IMG/VR virus record: IMGVR_UViG_3300025083_000028 | Span: 1-58,899 of that record | Length of the DNA stretch: 58,899 nucleotides | DNA from: a virus | Lineage: Duplodnaviria > Caudoviricetes | Reading direction: 5' to 3' (one strand) | In this document: positions 49,841 through 57,403 of the stretch, in pieces | Layout: every line of letters starts with the position of its first letter | Position numbering within the stretch: position 1 is the first letter of the stretch | Made by a program: the position numbers and the translations under genes | Notes under the pieces: model-generated | Database searches by the model: none | The model's input: the letters and a program-made list of their open reading frames with translations, nothing else | What the model was told of the DNA's origin: nothing

Positions 49841-50416
49841 TTACAATGTAGTTAATTCAATTAATTGTTTCTTAACATCTGGTGTTAAGACGTACTTGTT
49901 TTCAATCACTGCCATTTTACCACCTGCTCTAATGTAGTCTAAAGCTTTTTGAAATTTAACATCTTCTTTGTTTTTTATTTCAGCTTTGTTTGCGACTGGT
50001 TTAGGTTTAGCAATAGTAACTTTGCCGTGACTGTTTGTTGCGTCACTATCTTGAGTGTCGTCTATAAGTAATAAGTTGCCAAGTGCATACTTTTTACCGT
50101 AACTCGAAGCGGAACCAAACTTTTGTGGAGTTTGCATACCCTTCTGATTTAAGTCTACACCAACTAATGCTGTAGCTTTTATTTCCATACCTTTTTCATC
50201 TTGAATAACAGCTGTGCTTTCAAGTATAGGCATAGGTTCAGTTGAGATTAATTTTTCTTTAATCCTTACTGATACTCCTAACTCTAAGAGATAGGGTTTA
50301 ATTGCTTCGAGAATGTCTTCGGCTGATCTGAAGTTGTATTTGCCGAATGAGTTAAATCTACTTTTCTTCGATTTAAATTTTGTCTGAATGGTTGACAGTT
50401 TCTGGTTTAGGGTCAT
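49841..50416 (-). CDS. ERF-family ssDNA annealing protein
   Basis: FNSFGKYNFRSAEDILEAIKP...QKFGSASSYGKKYALGNLLLIDDTQDSD. Confidence 0.85.
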   Translation of the reverse strand: MTLNQKLSTIQTKFKSKKSRFNSFGKYNFRSAEDILEAIKPYLLELGVSVRIKEKLISTEPMPILESTAVIQDEKGMEIKATALVGVDLNQKGMQTPQKFGSASSYGKKYALGNLLLIDDTQDSDATNSHGKVTIAKPKPVANKAEIKNKEDVKFQKALDYIRAGGKMAVIENKYVLTPDVKKQLIELTTL

Positions 50417-50469
50417 ACTAATATTATTACATGTTAATTATTAAACTTAAATTTTATATTTACCGTAAC

Positions 50470-51234
50470 TTACAGGTAATCAAGCACTTGCGAGCTGTCT
50501 ACGTTGTCAATTAAGGTTTGTATAGCATCGCGTTTTATCTGTGAAATACGAACATGAGCAGTACTCACATTGATTCCAACTATTGATGCTATCTCGTTTG
50601 CTGAATGCTTATCACAATCTAATCCGTAACTTAATCTTAATACATTATATTGCCGTTCATTTAAATGCGTTCGCATTAGTCCTAACAAATAAGTATTTAA
50701 TAAAGCTATGTTGTATGGTTCAGATTTATCTATAACTTGATAAGCTAAATTTTCGTCGTTGTTTGGCTTAGCATCAATTGAAGAGAATACAGAATTAAAA
50801 AACATTGAAACTAATCTTTCGTCTTTCGGATTTCTGCGTATCTCATTTAATTTATGCTCGGGTATTCTTATTTCGCCTCTATTCATATCAACTGCACGTC
50901 TGATTGCACCTTTGATCCGTTTAGATAAAAACGATTTTAATGTTTTCTCTTGATCATCTGACTTCCTTAATGTTTCACGATCTAATTTATTTGTGGCAGC
51001 AATTAAACCTGCACTACCCTCTTGTATTAAATCAAGTATTGATAATATACCTGAAGCTTGATCAGACGTTGATTGTTTTCTTGCTATGTTTTCCACTAAT
51101 GGTAAAAAGTTTATAATGATTTCATCATTAGTTAATCCAGTATAATCGCCGTCAATTGGTTTATTAACATCTTCCCAAGCATCTTCAACTTCTTGCTTAT
51201 ACTTTAAATATATTGGTATATTATATTTTTTCAT
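50470..51234 (-). CDS. Phage-encoded sigma-70-family RNA polymerase sigma factor
   Basis: Region 2 LPLVENIAR...DLIQEGSAGL...RIKGAIRRAVD..IRIP; region 4 LNERQYNVLRLSYGL...EIASIVGI...RISQIKRDAI. Confidence 0.9.
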   Translation of the reverse strand: MKKYNIPIYLKYKQEVEDAWEDVNKPIDGDYTGLTNDEIIINFLPLVENIARKQSTSDQASGILSILDLIQEGSAGLIAATNKLDRETLRKSDDQEKTLKSFLSKRIKGAIRRAVDMNRGEIRIPEHKLNEIRRNPKDERLVSMFFNSVFSSIDAKPNNDENLAYQVIDKSEPYNIALLNTYLLGLMRTHLNERQYNVLRLSYGLDCDKHSANEIASIVGINVSTAHVRISQIKRDAIQTLIDNVDSSQVLDYL

Positions 51235-51869
51235 ATTTCGTTATTAAGTAATTCTTTTTCTGTTTTTAATTGGTTGCCCATGTTTCTATGTATTGTACGT
51301 GTCGTACAACCTAGTAATTTAGCTAATTTGTTAATTGTTATTTTTTGTTTTTCGTGGTTCAAATCAAGCATACACTGGTATATGTCATCTTCTGAAACTT
51401 TTTTGCCTTTACCAATTAATGTGCCAACAATACTCAGTTTTTGCGATAATGTTAAACCAGTATTAAATTTAAATATAACTTTACGTATACGATTACGCGG
51501 AGGTGTATCGCCAACAGCAAGCACTTCATTAATCATATTGTTAAGTATTTTTTGTTTCATAAAAAATGTAACAAAACCGTTTTCTTTGTCTGCAATAAAA
51601 TTAAATATAGATCGCATATCATCATCAAGTGAAACTTCATCACCTTCGATGCCATCTGCATTTAAATAGTATAAAACTAAGAAATGCCACTTTAAAGATT
51701 TGTATGTAGTTATCTTTGCTTTACTTCTGAATAAGCTATAGCATTGATACGTACCTTCCGCGTAGTAATCATATAGATCAGTTGACTCGGTTGGCTCATC
51801 TGTGATAGGGTTACGATAGTATATAACTTGTCTATCATTCAGCCACTGTATGTTTCTTTCTTGTGACAT
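51231..51869 (-). CDS. DNA-binding protein with C-terminal HTH (regulator or replication-initiator-like)
   Basis: KITINKLAKLLGCTTRTIHRNM helix-turn-helix. Confidence 0.7.
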   Translation of the reverse strand: MSQERNIQWLNDRQVIYYRNPITDEPTESTDLYDYYAEGTYQCYSLFRSKAKITTYKSLKWHFLVLYYLNADGIEGDEVSLDDDMRSIFNFIADKENGFVTFFMKQKILNNMINEVLAVGDTPPRNRIRKVIFKFNTGLTLSQKLSIVGTLIGKGKKVSEDDIYQCMLDLNHEKQKITINKLAKLLGCTTRTIHRNMGNQLKTEKELLNNEI

Positions 51870-51905
51870 TAGCTGTTTACTAATTATTATTTATTAGCTT
51901 TCGTC
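51865..51905. promoter_or_regulatory. Inverted-repeat site copy 1 (GACATTAG-N25-CTTTCGTC) overlapping the HTH gene start
   Basis: Matches sites at 57521-57562 and 58590-58630. Confidence 0.55.
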
Positions 51906-52000
51906 GCTCTTCTTGGCTTTTGAAATTTTTTGATTTTATCTGTGATACCTCTGTAATTAACTTTAATTAAATGCTTTGCATTTTTTGCTGTGTTACTCAT
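51887..52000 (-). CDS. Small basic protein (37 aa)
   Basis: MSNTAKNAKHLIKVNYRGITDKIKKFQKPRRATKANK; not in ORF track. Confidence 0.5.
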   Translation of the reverse strand: MSNTAKNAKHLIKVNYRGITDKIKKFQKPRRATKANK

Positions 52001-52343
52001 TTAGTTCAATTTTTATGTTATTCCATTTTCCCATAGTGCCGACATTTACAAGTAAATCAATACGTTTAGTAAAACGTTTATTCATTCGGTCTTGTACAAT
52101 CCAGTCGCCATCAAATTTTCTATTTATTCCTTCAATGCAGACAATTGCTCCAAACGTATAACCCAACTTTTCAAGGTCTCGTGAAACTGCTATCCACCGA
52201 TGGCCTGCAGGATTATCAGGGTTTATATGTTTCATAGAGGCAGTGACGAATGGAGTACTGTCTGTCTGTTCAGGCACCGCATGGTAAACCGTAGCGGTCA
52301 CTAACTCCTTTAGGAATAGTGTTAAAAGTATAAGGTGTTTCAT
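51993..52343 (-). CDS. 3D-domain (MltA-like) cell-wall hydrolase
   Basis: TATVYH...QTDSTPFVTAS...IAVSRDL...VQDRMNKRFTKRIDL; hydrophobic N-terminus. Confidence 0.8.
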   Translation of the reverse strand: MKHLILLTLFLKELVTATVYHAVPEQTDSTPFVTASMKHINPDNPAGHRWIAVSRDLEKLGYTFGAIVCIEGINRKFDGDWIVQDRMNKRFTKRIDLLVNVGTMGKWNNIKIELNE

Positions 52344-52800
52344 TTTTATTTACTATTTTTGCTTTTTCAATAATGTAATATCGCCAGTAACCGTGTATAG
52401 CATTAGACCGTTTGAACTCGTCTGGCATGCATTGCGGCGGTTGTTTAAATTTATTACCAAGCGGCATACCCACTGGGCAATTTTTTAAAGCATCAAAACA
52501 TTTTTCAATACTCAAATGCCGTTTATTATATCGCTTAGTATACTCATTACCGAGTGCTAGCATGTGTTCAAATAACCAATAGTACTGTGCACTTGTTTCA
52601 CGACACCATATACTTGAGGGGTGATTGTAATGTGCTTTTTTATATGGTATATAAGAAGGATCATAGCCTCGTTCTTCAGCATAATGATGATGAGCCGTAC
52701 AGAGCATTTGAGCGCTCTCTAAGATCATTTTAACTTTGTGTTTGTCATAAACATAACTCGCTGCTAAATGAGGGTCGTCGTGTAAATAAAATATGTTCAT
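52270..52800 (-). CDS. Pyrimidine-dimer DNA glycosylase (DenV)-like protein
   Basis: MNIFYL...DKHKVKMILESAQMLCTAH...HYNHPSSIW...PPQCMPDE; start at MNIF (52800). Confidence 0.75.
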   Translation of the reverse strand: MNIFYLHDDPHLAASYVYDKHKVKMILESAQMLCTAHHHYAEERGYDPSYIPYKKAHYNHPSSIWCRETSAQYYWLFEHMLALGNEYTKRYNKRHLSIEKCFDALKNCPVGMPLGNKFKQPPQCMPDEFKRSNAIHGYWRYYIIEKAKIVNKNETPYTFNTIPKGVSDRYGLPCGA

Positions 52801-52991
52801 ATTGTTTCTCCGTTTTGCCACTCGCCGCACTCTTGGCATGACGAGTCCTTTATTATATATTGGTGATATACTAATTCAGTGCTACCACAAAATTTGCATT
52901 TTTCTTTATTAGTTGTTTTTATTTTATTATCTATTTTACACCGGTAAGTTATAGTGCCATCTTTCCATGAAATTATATAAGAATTACTCAT
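52797..52991 (-). CDS. Small zinc-ribbon protein
   Basis: CKFCGS...CQECGEWQ. Confidence 0.6.
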   Translation of the reverse strand: MSNSYIISWKDGTITYRCKIDNKIKTTNKEKCKFCGSTELVYHQYIIKDSSCQECGEWQNGETI

Positions 52992-52998
52992 AGTCTCG

Positions 52999-53256
52999 TT
53001 ATAATCTTTTTTTTAGGTTTTCAATTCTTTTTTTAATAAACGCCGCTTGTTCGTATTCTTCGTTGTCTTCGTATTCTTTCATTACACCAGTTAAACTTTC
53101 TATTTCTTGTAAAATTATTTCACCTTCTGTATATTCTTTAGCATCCTGTTGTCGCACGACATCAAGCCCGTAAGTAGCAGTTTCAGGATTAATAAATTCA
53201 TTATACAAATCGGTTTTGATGCGGTTGTATAGCATTTGGTATTGCTTGTCTGTCAT
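52999..53256 (-). CDS. Hypothetical protein with UVR-like C-terminal motif
   Basis: EDNEEYEQAAFIKKRIENL; start probably MTDKQ just downstream of the repeat motif. Confidence 0.6.
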   Translation of the reverse strand: MTDKQYQMLYNRIKTDLYNEFINPETATYGLDVVRQQDAKEYTEGEIILQEIESLTGVMKEYEDNEEYEQAAFIKKRIENLKKRL

Positions 53257-53260
53257 ATTA

Positions 53261-53293
53261 TTATTATCCATTAGTCTTCGTGTTTAGTCTGTA
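53261..53293 (-). promoter_or_regulatory. Early-arm conserved motif copy 1
   Basis: ttattatcc-attagtc-ttcgtgtttagtctgta. Confidence 0.75.
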
Positions 53294-53657
53294 TTTTATC
53301 TTGCACTTCAATATAAAGTTCATGAAGCATATCATCCACGTATAATTCGTCGTAAATTTCTTCATCGATAAATATATCAAGACCATCTTTAATACAACCG
53401 ATAATTTCTTCAGCCATACCTGTAGCATAATAGTATACATTTTCAGGATTAAAACCGTAGTCATCATTAGCGTGGGCCCAATAAACCGTATAAGAGTCTG
53501 CAGTATATACAGATTCAAATATATAGTCACAAGTGTTGGTTCCCATAAAGTCCGTTGTAATTTTAGAATTGTAATAATCTAGTATCCAAGTCTTTGCTTC
53601 TTCAGGTGTAACGTCGTACATATCTTCTTTGTATATTTTTTCTTTGTTATTCATCAT
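53271..53657 (-). CDS. Acidic hypothetical protein
   Basis: 128 aa, D/E/Y-rich. Confidence 0.65.
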   Translation of the reverse strand: MMNNKEKIYKEDMYDVTPEEAKTWILDYYNSKITTDFMGTNTCDYIFESVYTADSYTVYWAHANDDYGFNPENVYYYATGMAEEIIGCIKDGLDIFIDEEIYDELYVDDMLHELYIEVQDKIQTKHED

Positions 53658-54111
53658 TATTATTTTTATCTTTCCAATTAGTATAACCCATATTGGGTTC
53701 TGAATACTTTTTAATTAACTTGTGACCCCCACCAACGAATACATTTTTGTTTTCGTAATTGTCCCAACAACTTATCCACACATCAGGTTTACCAGTCCAT
53801 ATTATCCATGTGTAATGGTGATCAATAGATTCTACACTAGGGTATAAGTATTGACTACGGTAATGAAAGTCTTTTACTAAATGTGATGCGATTCTTGAAC
53901 CATCGCCAAAATTACTAAATCCTTGGTCTTCTTGCATATGTGTTATCCAGTTGGATAATTCTACGCCGTGCCATTGTGGATAACCATCGTGGTGTAAGTA
54001 CATATTTACATAGCTATCGTCTTTTACTTTTTCAGGATTAACCGCAAAGCCTTGTTCAAATTGTTTAGCTACTGATCGGTTAATTACCATTGTTACGCTT
54101 CTTGTGCTCAT
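53647..54111 (-). CDS. Conserved phage hypothetical protein
   Basis: MSTRS...YLHHDGYP..HG motif common in phage early regions. Confidence 0.7.
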   Translation of the reverse strand: MSTRSVTMVINRSVAKQFEQGFAVNPEKVKDDSYVNMYLHHDGYPQWHGVELSNWITHMQEDQGFSNFGDGSRIASHLVKDFHYRSQYLYPSVESIDHHYTWIIWTGKPDVWISCWDNYENKNVFVGGGHKLIKKYSEPNMGYTNWKDKNNNDE

Positions 54112-54307
54112 CTAATATTAATTTTAAAATGTATTCGTATAATTCTTTTTCACGCTTTCTAGACTTTAATACAGAGTTGTGTAAACTCATAGGTATAAAT
54201 CTAGTTGCGGTACCGTCATCAATATCTTTTTGATAATCGTGTATTTCCCACTCTAACGCATTTATTTTAGCGTAGATTTTATCGTGTGCTCGCTCGTTTA
54301 ACGTCAT
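54080..54307 (-). CDS. Hypothetical protein
   Basis: 75 aa, coupled to neighbours. Confidence 0.6.
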   Translation of the reverse strand: MTLNERAHDKIYAKINALEWEIHDYQKDIDDGTATRFIPMSLHNSVLKSRKREKELYEYILKLILDEHKKRNNGN

Positions 54308-54531
54308 TACTTTTTGATAATGTTATCGCCGTATAGCACTGAGTCAAGTGATCTGTCGTAGAAGTCTGCCCAAGTTTGCAGTTGTCTAACGTCGTCAATA
54401 GTTAATTGATACCACGCCGTGTGGCTCATCAATCTGTACTTTAAGTGTTTTGCGGTTTCGTATTGTTTCGCATTTGCATTTAGATTTTTTCGTAGTTCAG
54501 GAAATAACCTGTGGTAAAGTGATTTGCTCAT
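54307..54531 (-). CDS. Hypothetical protein
   Basis: 74 aa, starts about 27 nt downstream of motif copy 2. Confidence 0.65.
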   Translation of the reverse strand: MSKSLYHRLFPELRKNLNANAKQYETAKHLKYRLMSHTAWYQLTIDDVRQLQTWADFYDRSLDSVLYGDNIIKK

Positions 54532-54557
54532 AATTTAATTTTATTTAGTTTACGTTT

Positions 54558-54590
54558 ATATTATCCAATTGTATTCGTATTTAGTTTGTA
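54558..54590 (-). promoter_or_regulatory. Early-arm conserved motif copy 2
   Basis: atattatcc-aattgta-ttcgtatttagtttgta. Confidence 0.8.
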
Positions 54591-54591
54591 A

Positions 54592-54747
54592 TTAAACCAT
54601 CTCCTCAATTATACCAATTAACTCACTGATTATCAGTACAATACATGCCACTACAATATTGAAGGGTAGTAGTGCATACCCGCCAATTCTTACTACACTC
54701 TTCAGAATTGACACATAAAAATGTTTCTTTGCGTTCGGATATTTCAT
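54592..54747 (-). CDS. Small membrane protein (51 aa)
   Basis: MKYPNAKKHFYVSILKSVVRIGGYALLPFNIVVACIVLIISELIGIIEEMV; not in ORF track. Confidence 0.7.
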   Translation of the reverse strand: MKYPNAKKHFYVSILKSVVRIGGYALLPFNIVVACIVLIISELIGIIEEMV

Positions 54748-54750
54748 TAG

Positions 54751-54822
<72 letters not shown>

Positions 54823-54829
54823 TTAAGAT

Positions 54830-54895
54830 AACAGTAAGCACAATGCACTTCCGTAATGCCTCTCATGTCAACAAGGCACACATGTACTTACTGTT
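54830..54895 (-). ncRNA. Structured RNA motif copy A (unassigned)
   Basis: 13-bp closing stem, inner TGCC/GGCA stem, core TACGGAAGTGCAT shared with copy B. Confidence 0.55.
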
Positions 54896-54897
54896 TA

Positions 54898-54978
54898 GGG
54901 AACATAGCGGGATTCGAACCCGCGTTACCGTATTCCTGCCTCCGGAAGCTTTTCTCCGGCCATACCAAATTATGTTCC
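54898..54978 (-). ncRNA. tRNA-like RNA with 8-bp acceptor and canonical T-arm but aberrant D/anticodon arms
   Basis: GGAACATA/TATGTTCC; GCGGG-TTCGAAT-CCCGC; central CCGGA-GAAAAGCT-TCCGG. Confidence 0.65.
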
Positions 54979-55055
54979 TTGTGAGTTAGTGTGACAAATG
55001 GTCTCAGCTCTTAAATTGTCTCCTATTTCTCACTTCGCCAGCTATTCACTTATGT

Positions 55056-55116
55056 GTGTGTAATACACTTCCGTACGTTCACATATGCCCGTCGACAGTC
55101 GACACCACATACACAC
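55056..55116 (-). ncRNA. Structured RNA motif copy B (unassigned)
   Basis: GTGTGTA/TACACAC closing stem, TGTG, TGTC/GGCA stem, TACGGAAGTGTAT core. Confidence 0.55.
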
Positions 55117-55142
55117 CTAATTAAGCTACTCGTCTGACTTTG

Positions 55143-55334
55143 TTACTTTCTTCGCCACGATTTATGCACCGCAGCACTTACTTCTTGAGATACAATTTGC
55201 ACCTCGAGTACTTGTTTGTTTGCAATTATAGGTACGTAACTGTATTGTTGAGTTGTACTGCAATCAACACAGGTATTGTAACCTAGTTTGACTCTACCAA
55301 TTGGTATTATATTTTTACATTTACATTTTTTCAT
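55143..55334 (-). CDS. DksA/TraR-type C4 zinc-finger-like protein
   Basis: CKCKNIIPIGRVKLGYNTCVDC. Confidence 0.6.
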   Translation of the reverse strand: MKKCKCKNIIPIGRVKLGYNTCVDCSTTQQYSYVPIIANKQVLEVQIVSQEVSAAVHKSWRRK

Positions 55335-55340
55335 ACAAAT

Positions 55341-55373
55341 ATATTATCCAATTGAGTTCGTGTTTAGTTTGTA
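55341..55373 (-). promoter_or_regulatory. Early-arm conserved motif copy 3
   Basis: atattatcc-aattgag-ttcgtgtttagtttgta. Confidence 0.8.
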
Positions 55374-55579
55374 TAATCTTCTGCAGGTACATATCCAGCG
55401 TGAAGTTTCTCGATAGTTAAGGTTTGTATAGCACCGTGCACCGTGTTGAATGCTTCGTCGTCTAATTTTTCAAACTCTTCAATTCCGTCCATTGCCCATG
55501 CAATAGAGTCATACAATGTTTCTATAATGTAAGCCACCTGCACGTCGGCAACTTCTTCCATAATTTTCATTTTACTCAT
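55364..55579 (-). CDS. Hypothetical protein
   Basis: 71 aa, acidic. Confidence 0.6.
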   Translation of the reverse strand: MSKMKIMEEVADVQVAYIIETLYDSIAWAMDGIEEFEKLDDEAFNTVHGAIQTLTIEKLHAGYVPAEDYTN

Positions 55580-55778
55580 AATTTTTAACTATTTTAAGGT
55601 TTAATTCGTCTGCAACATAGTTTATATGTTTTGTAGTGGTACGAGAAGATGACATTCCGTATACTCTCCATTTTAATTTATATAATTTGTCACCAACTAT
55701 TTCGGCAACGTGAGTATTATATGAATATACATCGTTACCTATTACTCTTAAATTTTGTTTATATCTCTTTAATTTCAT
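55572..55778 (-). CDS. Hypothetical protein
   Basis: 68 aa, VYSYNTHVA...SRTTTKHINY. Confidence 0.65.
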   Translation of the reverse strand: MKLKRYKQNLRVIGNDVYSYNTHVAEIVGDKLYKLKWRVYGMSSSRTTTKHINYVADELNLKIVKNYE

Positions 55779-55933
55779 TATTTATAGTTTTTACATTTTC
55801 TAGAACTTATCCAATATTCACCATAAGGGTCACTTAGGTTGTACTCTTGCAATAGGAAGTTTGCTTCGGTTTTATCATTACATTCTTCTATTGTTTCGTT
55901 TTCACCATTGAATTTGTAGTTAATATATATCAT
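55778..55933 (-). CDS. Hypothetical protein (51 aa)
   Basis: MIYINYKFNGENETIEECNDKTEANFLLQEYNLSDPYGEYWISSRKCKNYK; not in ORF track. Confidence 0.6.
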   Translation of the reverse strand: MIYINYKFNGENETIEECNDKTEANFLLQEYNLSDPYGEYWISSRKCKNYK

Positions 55934-56141
55934 TGTAATAAGGTTTTAGGTAGTTAGTATCGTAGTTAATTGATTTTGCTACGTTTTGTCTCCATTCCCA
56001 CTCTTTCTTGCGGTAATCATAGCTTTTACACCATTTTTTAACTGCAGTTACTTGTGGTATTTTACCGTATTTCGCTTCATAATCAAGACATTCTTGTAGT
56101 TTAGCGTCGATTTGGTCCTGAGGATAGTCTATAAATTTCAT
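55920..56141 (-). CDS. Hypothetical protein
   Basis: Start probably MKFIDY (56141), abutting the upstream stop. Confidence 0.6.
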   Translation of the reverse strand: MKFIDYPQDQIDAKLQECLDYEAKYGKIPQVTAVKKWCKSYDYRKKEWEWRQNVAKSINYDTNYLKPYYNDIY

Positions 56142-56142
56142 A

Positions 56143-56325
56143 TTATAGGGTATCAAATATTCCAAAGGTTGCATTTTCAATTGATGATGGATCGGTTGCA
56201 AGGTGGTATAGCAATTGGCCCATACCTAGTACCCACATTATAAATAATCCTGCAAGAACTATTTTTAATATTACATCGACCGCTTTGTAGTCACTCATTT
56301 TTGAAAAGAATATTGCTTTTATCAT
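56143..56325 (-). CDS. Small membrane protein
   Basis: 60 aa with one TM helix; downstream of motif copy 4. Confidence 0.6.
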   Translation of the reverse strand: MIKAIFFSKMSDYKAVDVILKIVLAGLFIMWVLGMGQLLYHLATDPSSIENATFGIFDTL

Positions 56326-56340
56326 AGTTATTAATTTATT

Positions 56341-56373
56341 ATATTATCCAACTTACTTCGTATTTAGTTTGTA
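56341..56373 (-). promoter_or_regulatory. Early-arm conserved motif copy 4
   Basis: atattatcc-aacttac-ttcgtatttagtttgta. Confidence 0.8.
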
Positions 56374-56610
56374 ATGTCCATTTGGATCCACCGCGTAGTA
56401 ATTCCATCTACCTTTATAAGCATATGATTTACCTTTTAAGAACGTGGATTTTTGATTTACTTTGTAACGTCTGTTACCCATTCCACTGCACTCGCCGTAT
56501 ACTTTGGCCATCTCATAATGTTGATGAGCTCGTTGTTTTCTTTTTGCTTTGGTGTATGCCAACAATTCCTTCATTGACTTGCATACGTAGTAAGTTTTAT
56601 TTTCCTTCAT
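56353..56610 (-). CDS. Basic hypothetical protein
   Basis: 85 aa; stop lies inside motif copy 4. Confidence 0.6.
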   Translation of the reverse strand: MKENKTYYVCKSMKELLAYTKAKRKQRAHQHYEMAKVYGECSGMGNRRYKVNQKSTFLKGKSYAYKGRWNYYAVDPNGHYKLNTK

Positions 56611-56716
56611 AATAATTTATCATTTTATTTACTTTGTTAAGTGAATCTATACTCACCCATTCGTTGATTTCGCTCACATAGACGCATCCGTCTATTACTT
56701 TTAATTGATTAGTCAT
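56597..56716 (-). CDS. Small hypothetical protein (39 aa)
   Basis: MTNQLKVIDGCVYVSEINEWVSIDSLNKVNKMINYYEGK. Confidence 0.5.
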   Translation of the reverse strand: MTNQLKVIDGCVYVSEINEWVSIDSLNKVNKMINYYEGK

Positions 56717-56727
56717 AGTATTAAATT

Positions 56728-56865
56728 TTAAATAGTTATTGTAGTGTTATAGTGTTCGTGGATTTCTTCAATTGCTTGTGTAAAATCTTCTTTTTCAATT
56801 GTACCATCGTTTAGTTTACTTATTTGGAAACCTATTTCTCGCATTAAATTTTCAAAGTTTTTCAT
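56728..56865 (-). CDS. Small hypothetical protein (45 aa)
   Basis: MKNFENLMREIGFQISKLNDGTIEKEDFTQAIEEIHEHYNTTITI; starts just downstream of motif copy 5. Confidence 0.55.
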   Translation of the reverse strand: MKNFENLMREIGFQISKLNDGTIEKEDFTQAIEEIHEHYNTTITI

Positions 56866-56873
56866 ATTCAATT

Positions 56874-56906
56874 ATATTATCCGTTAGTGTTCGTATTTAG
56901 TTCGTG
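56874..56906 (-). promoter_or_regulatory. Early-arm conserved motif copy 5
   Basis: atattatcc-gttagtg-ttcgtatttagttcgtg. Confidence 0.75.
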
Positions 56907-57008
56907 AGTTTCAATTATACCTAGTACATCTACTCTAGTTAGTTTATCTTCCATTTGCATACCGATTGCCCAAGTAAGATCATTTCCGTATTTATCTGTA
57001 TATATCAT
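56877..57008 (-). CDS. Small hypothetical protein (43 aa)
   Basis: MIYTDKYGNDLTWAIGMQMEDKLTRVDVLGIIETHELNTNTNG; ends inside motif copy 5. Confidence 0.5.
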   Translation of the reverse strand: MIYTDKYGNDLTWAIGMQMEDKLTRVDVLGIIETHELNTNTNG

Positions 57009-57020
57009 TTTATTCGTTTT

Positions 57021-57140
57021 TTAGTGAAATTCATTATAGATTGCTAAAACTTCTCTTTGTTCTTCTTTAGTTAGTTGAAAGACATTTTTGTTAGGGTAAA
57101 GGTTTTTAGCGATTCTAATTAGGGCAGATTGATTGTACAT
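57021..57140 (-). CDS. Small hypothetical protein (39 aa)
   Basis: MYNQSALIRIAKNLYPNKNVFQLTKEEQREVLAIYNEFH. Confidence 0.55.
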   Translation of the reverse strand: MYNQSALIRIAKNLYPNKNVFQLTKEEQREVLAIYNEFH

Positions 57141-57146
57141 AGTTAT

Positions 57147-57377
57147 TTATTTAATTTTATTTAGTTTATTTAGTAATTCACTTAGTAATTCAGTGTTAGT
57201 ATACTTTGATTTTTCGTCAAACCATTCTTGATTTACTATTTCATAAGTTAAAAAGTAATTGAAGATTTCATTTTCATTTTCTATATTTTCAATAGTTCCC
57301 CAATATTCTGGGTATTCATTTAGTAAAGTAATTTCTTTTTCAATTACATTTTTAATTAGTGGTAAAGTTCTTAACAT
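57147..57377 (-). CDS. Hypothetical protein
   Basis: 76 aa downstream of motif copy 6. Confidence 0.6.
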   Translation of the reverse strand: MLRTLPLIKNVIEKEITLLNEYPEYWGTIENIENENEIFNYFLTYEIVNQEWFDEKSKYTNTELLSELLNKLNKIK

Positions 57378-57403
57378 AGTATTATTATTATTTGATTACA
57401 CTT

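Noticed and set aside
53264-53530. 88-aa minus-strand ORF
   Set aside because: Nested in another frame of the 53271-53657 gene
55805-55835. Possible tenth copy of the early motif (acttatccaatattcacc...)
   Set aside because: Lacks the TCGTRTT block at the fixed spacing and lies inside an ORF
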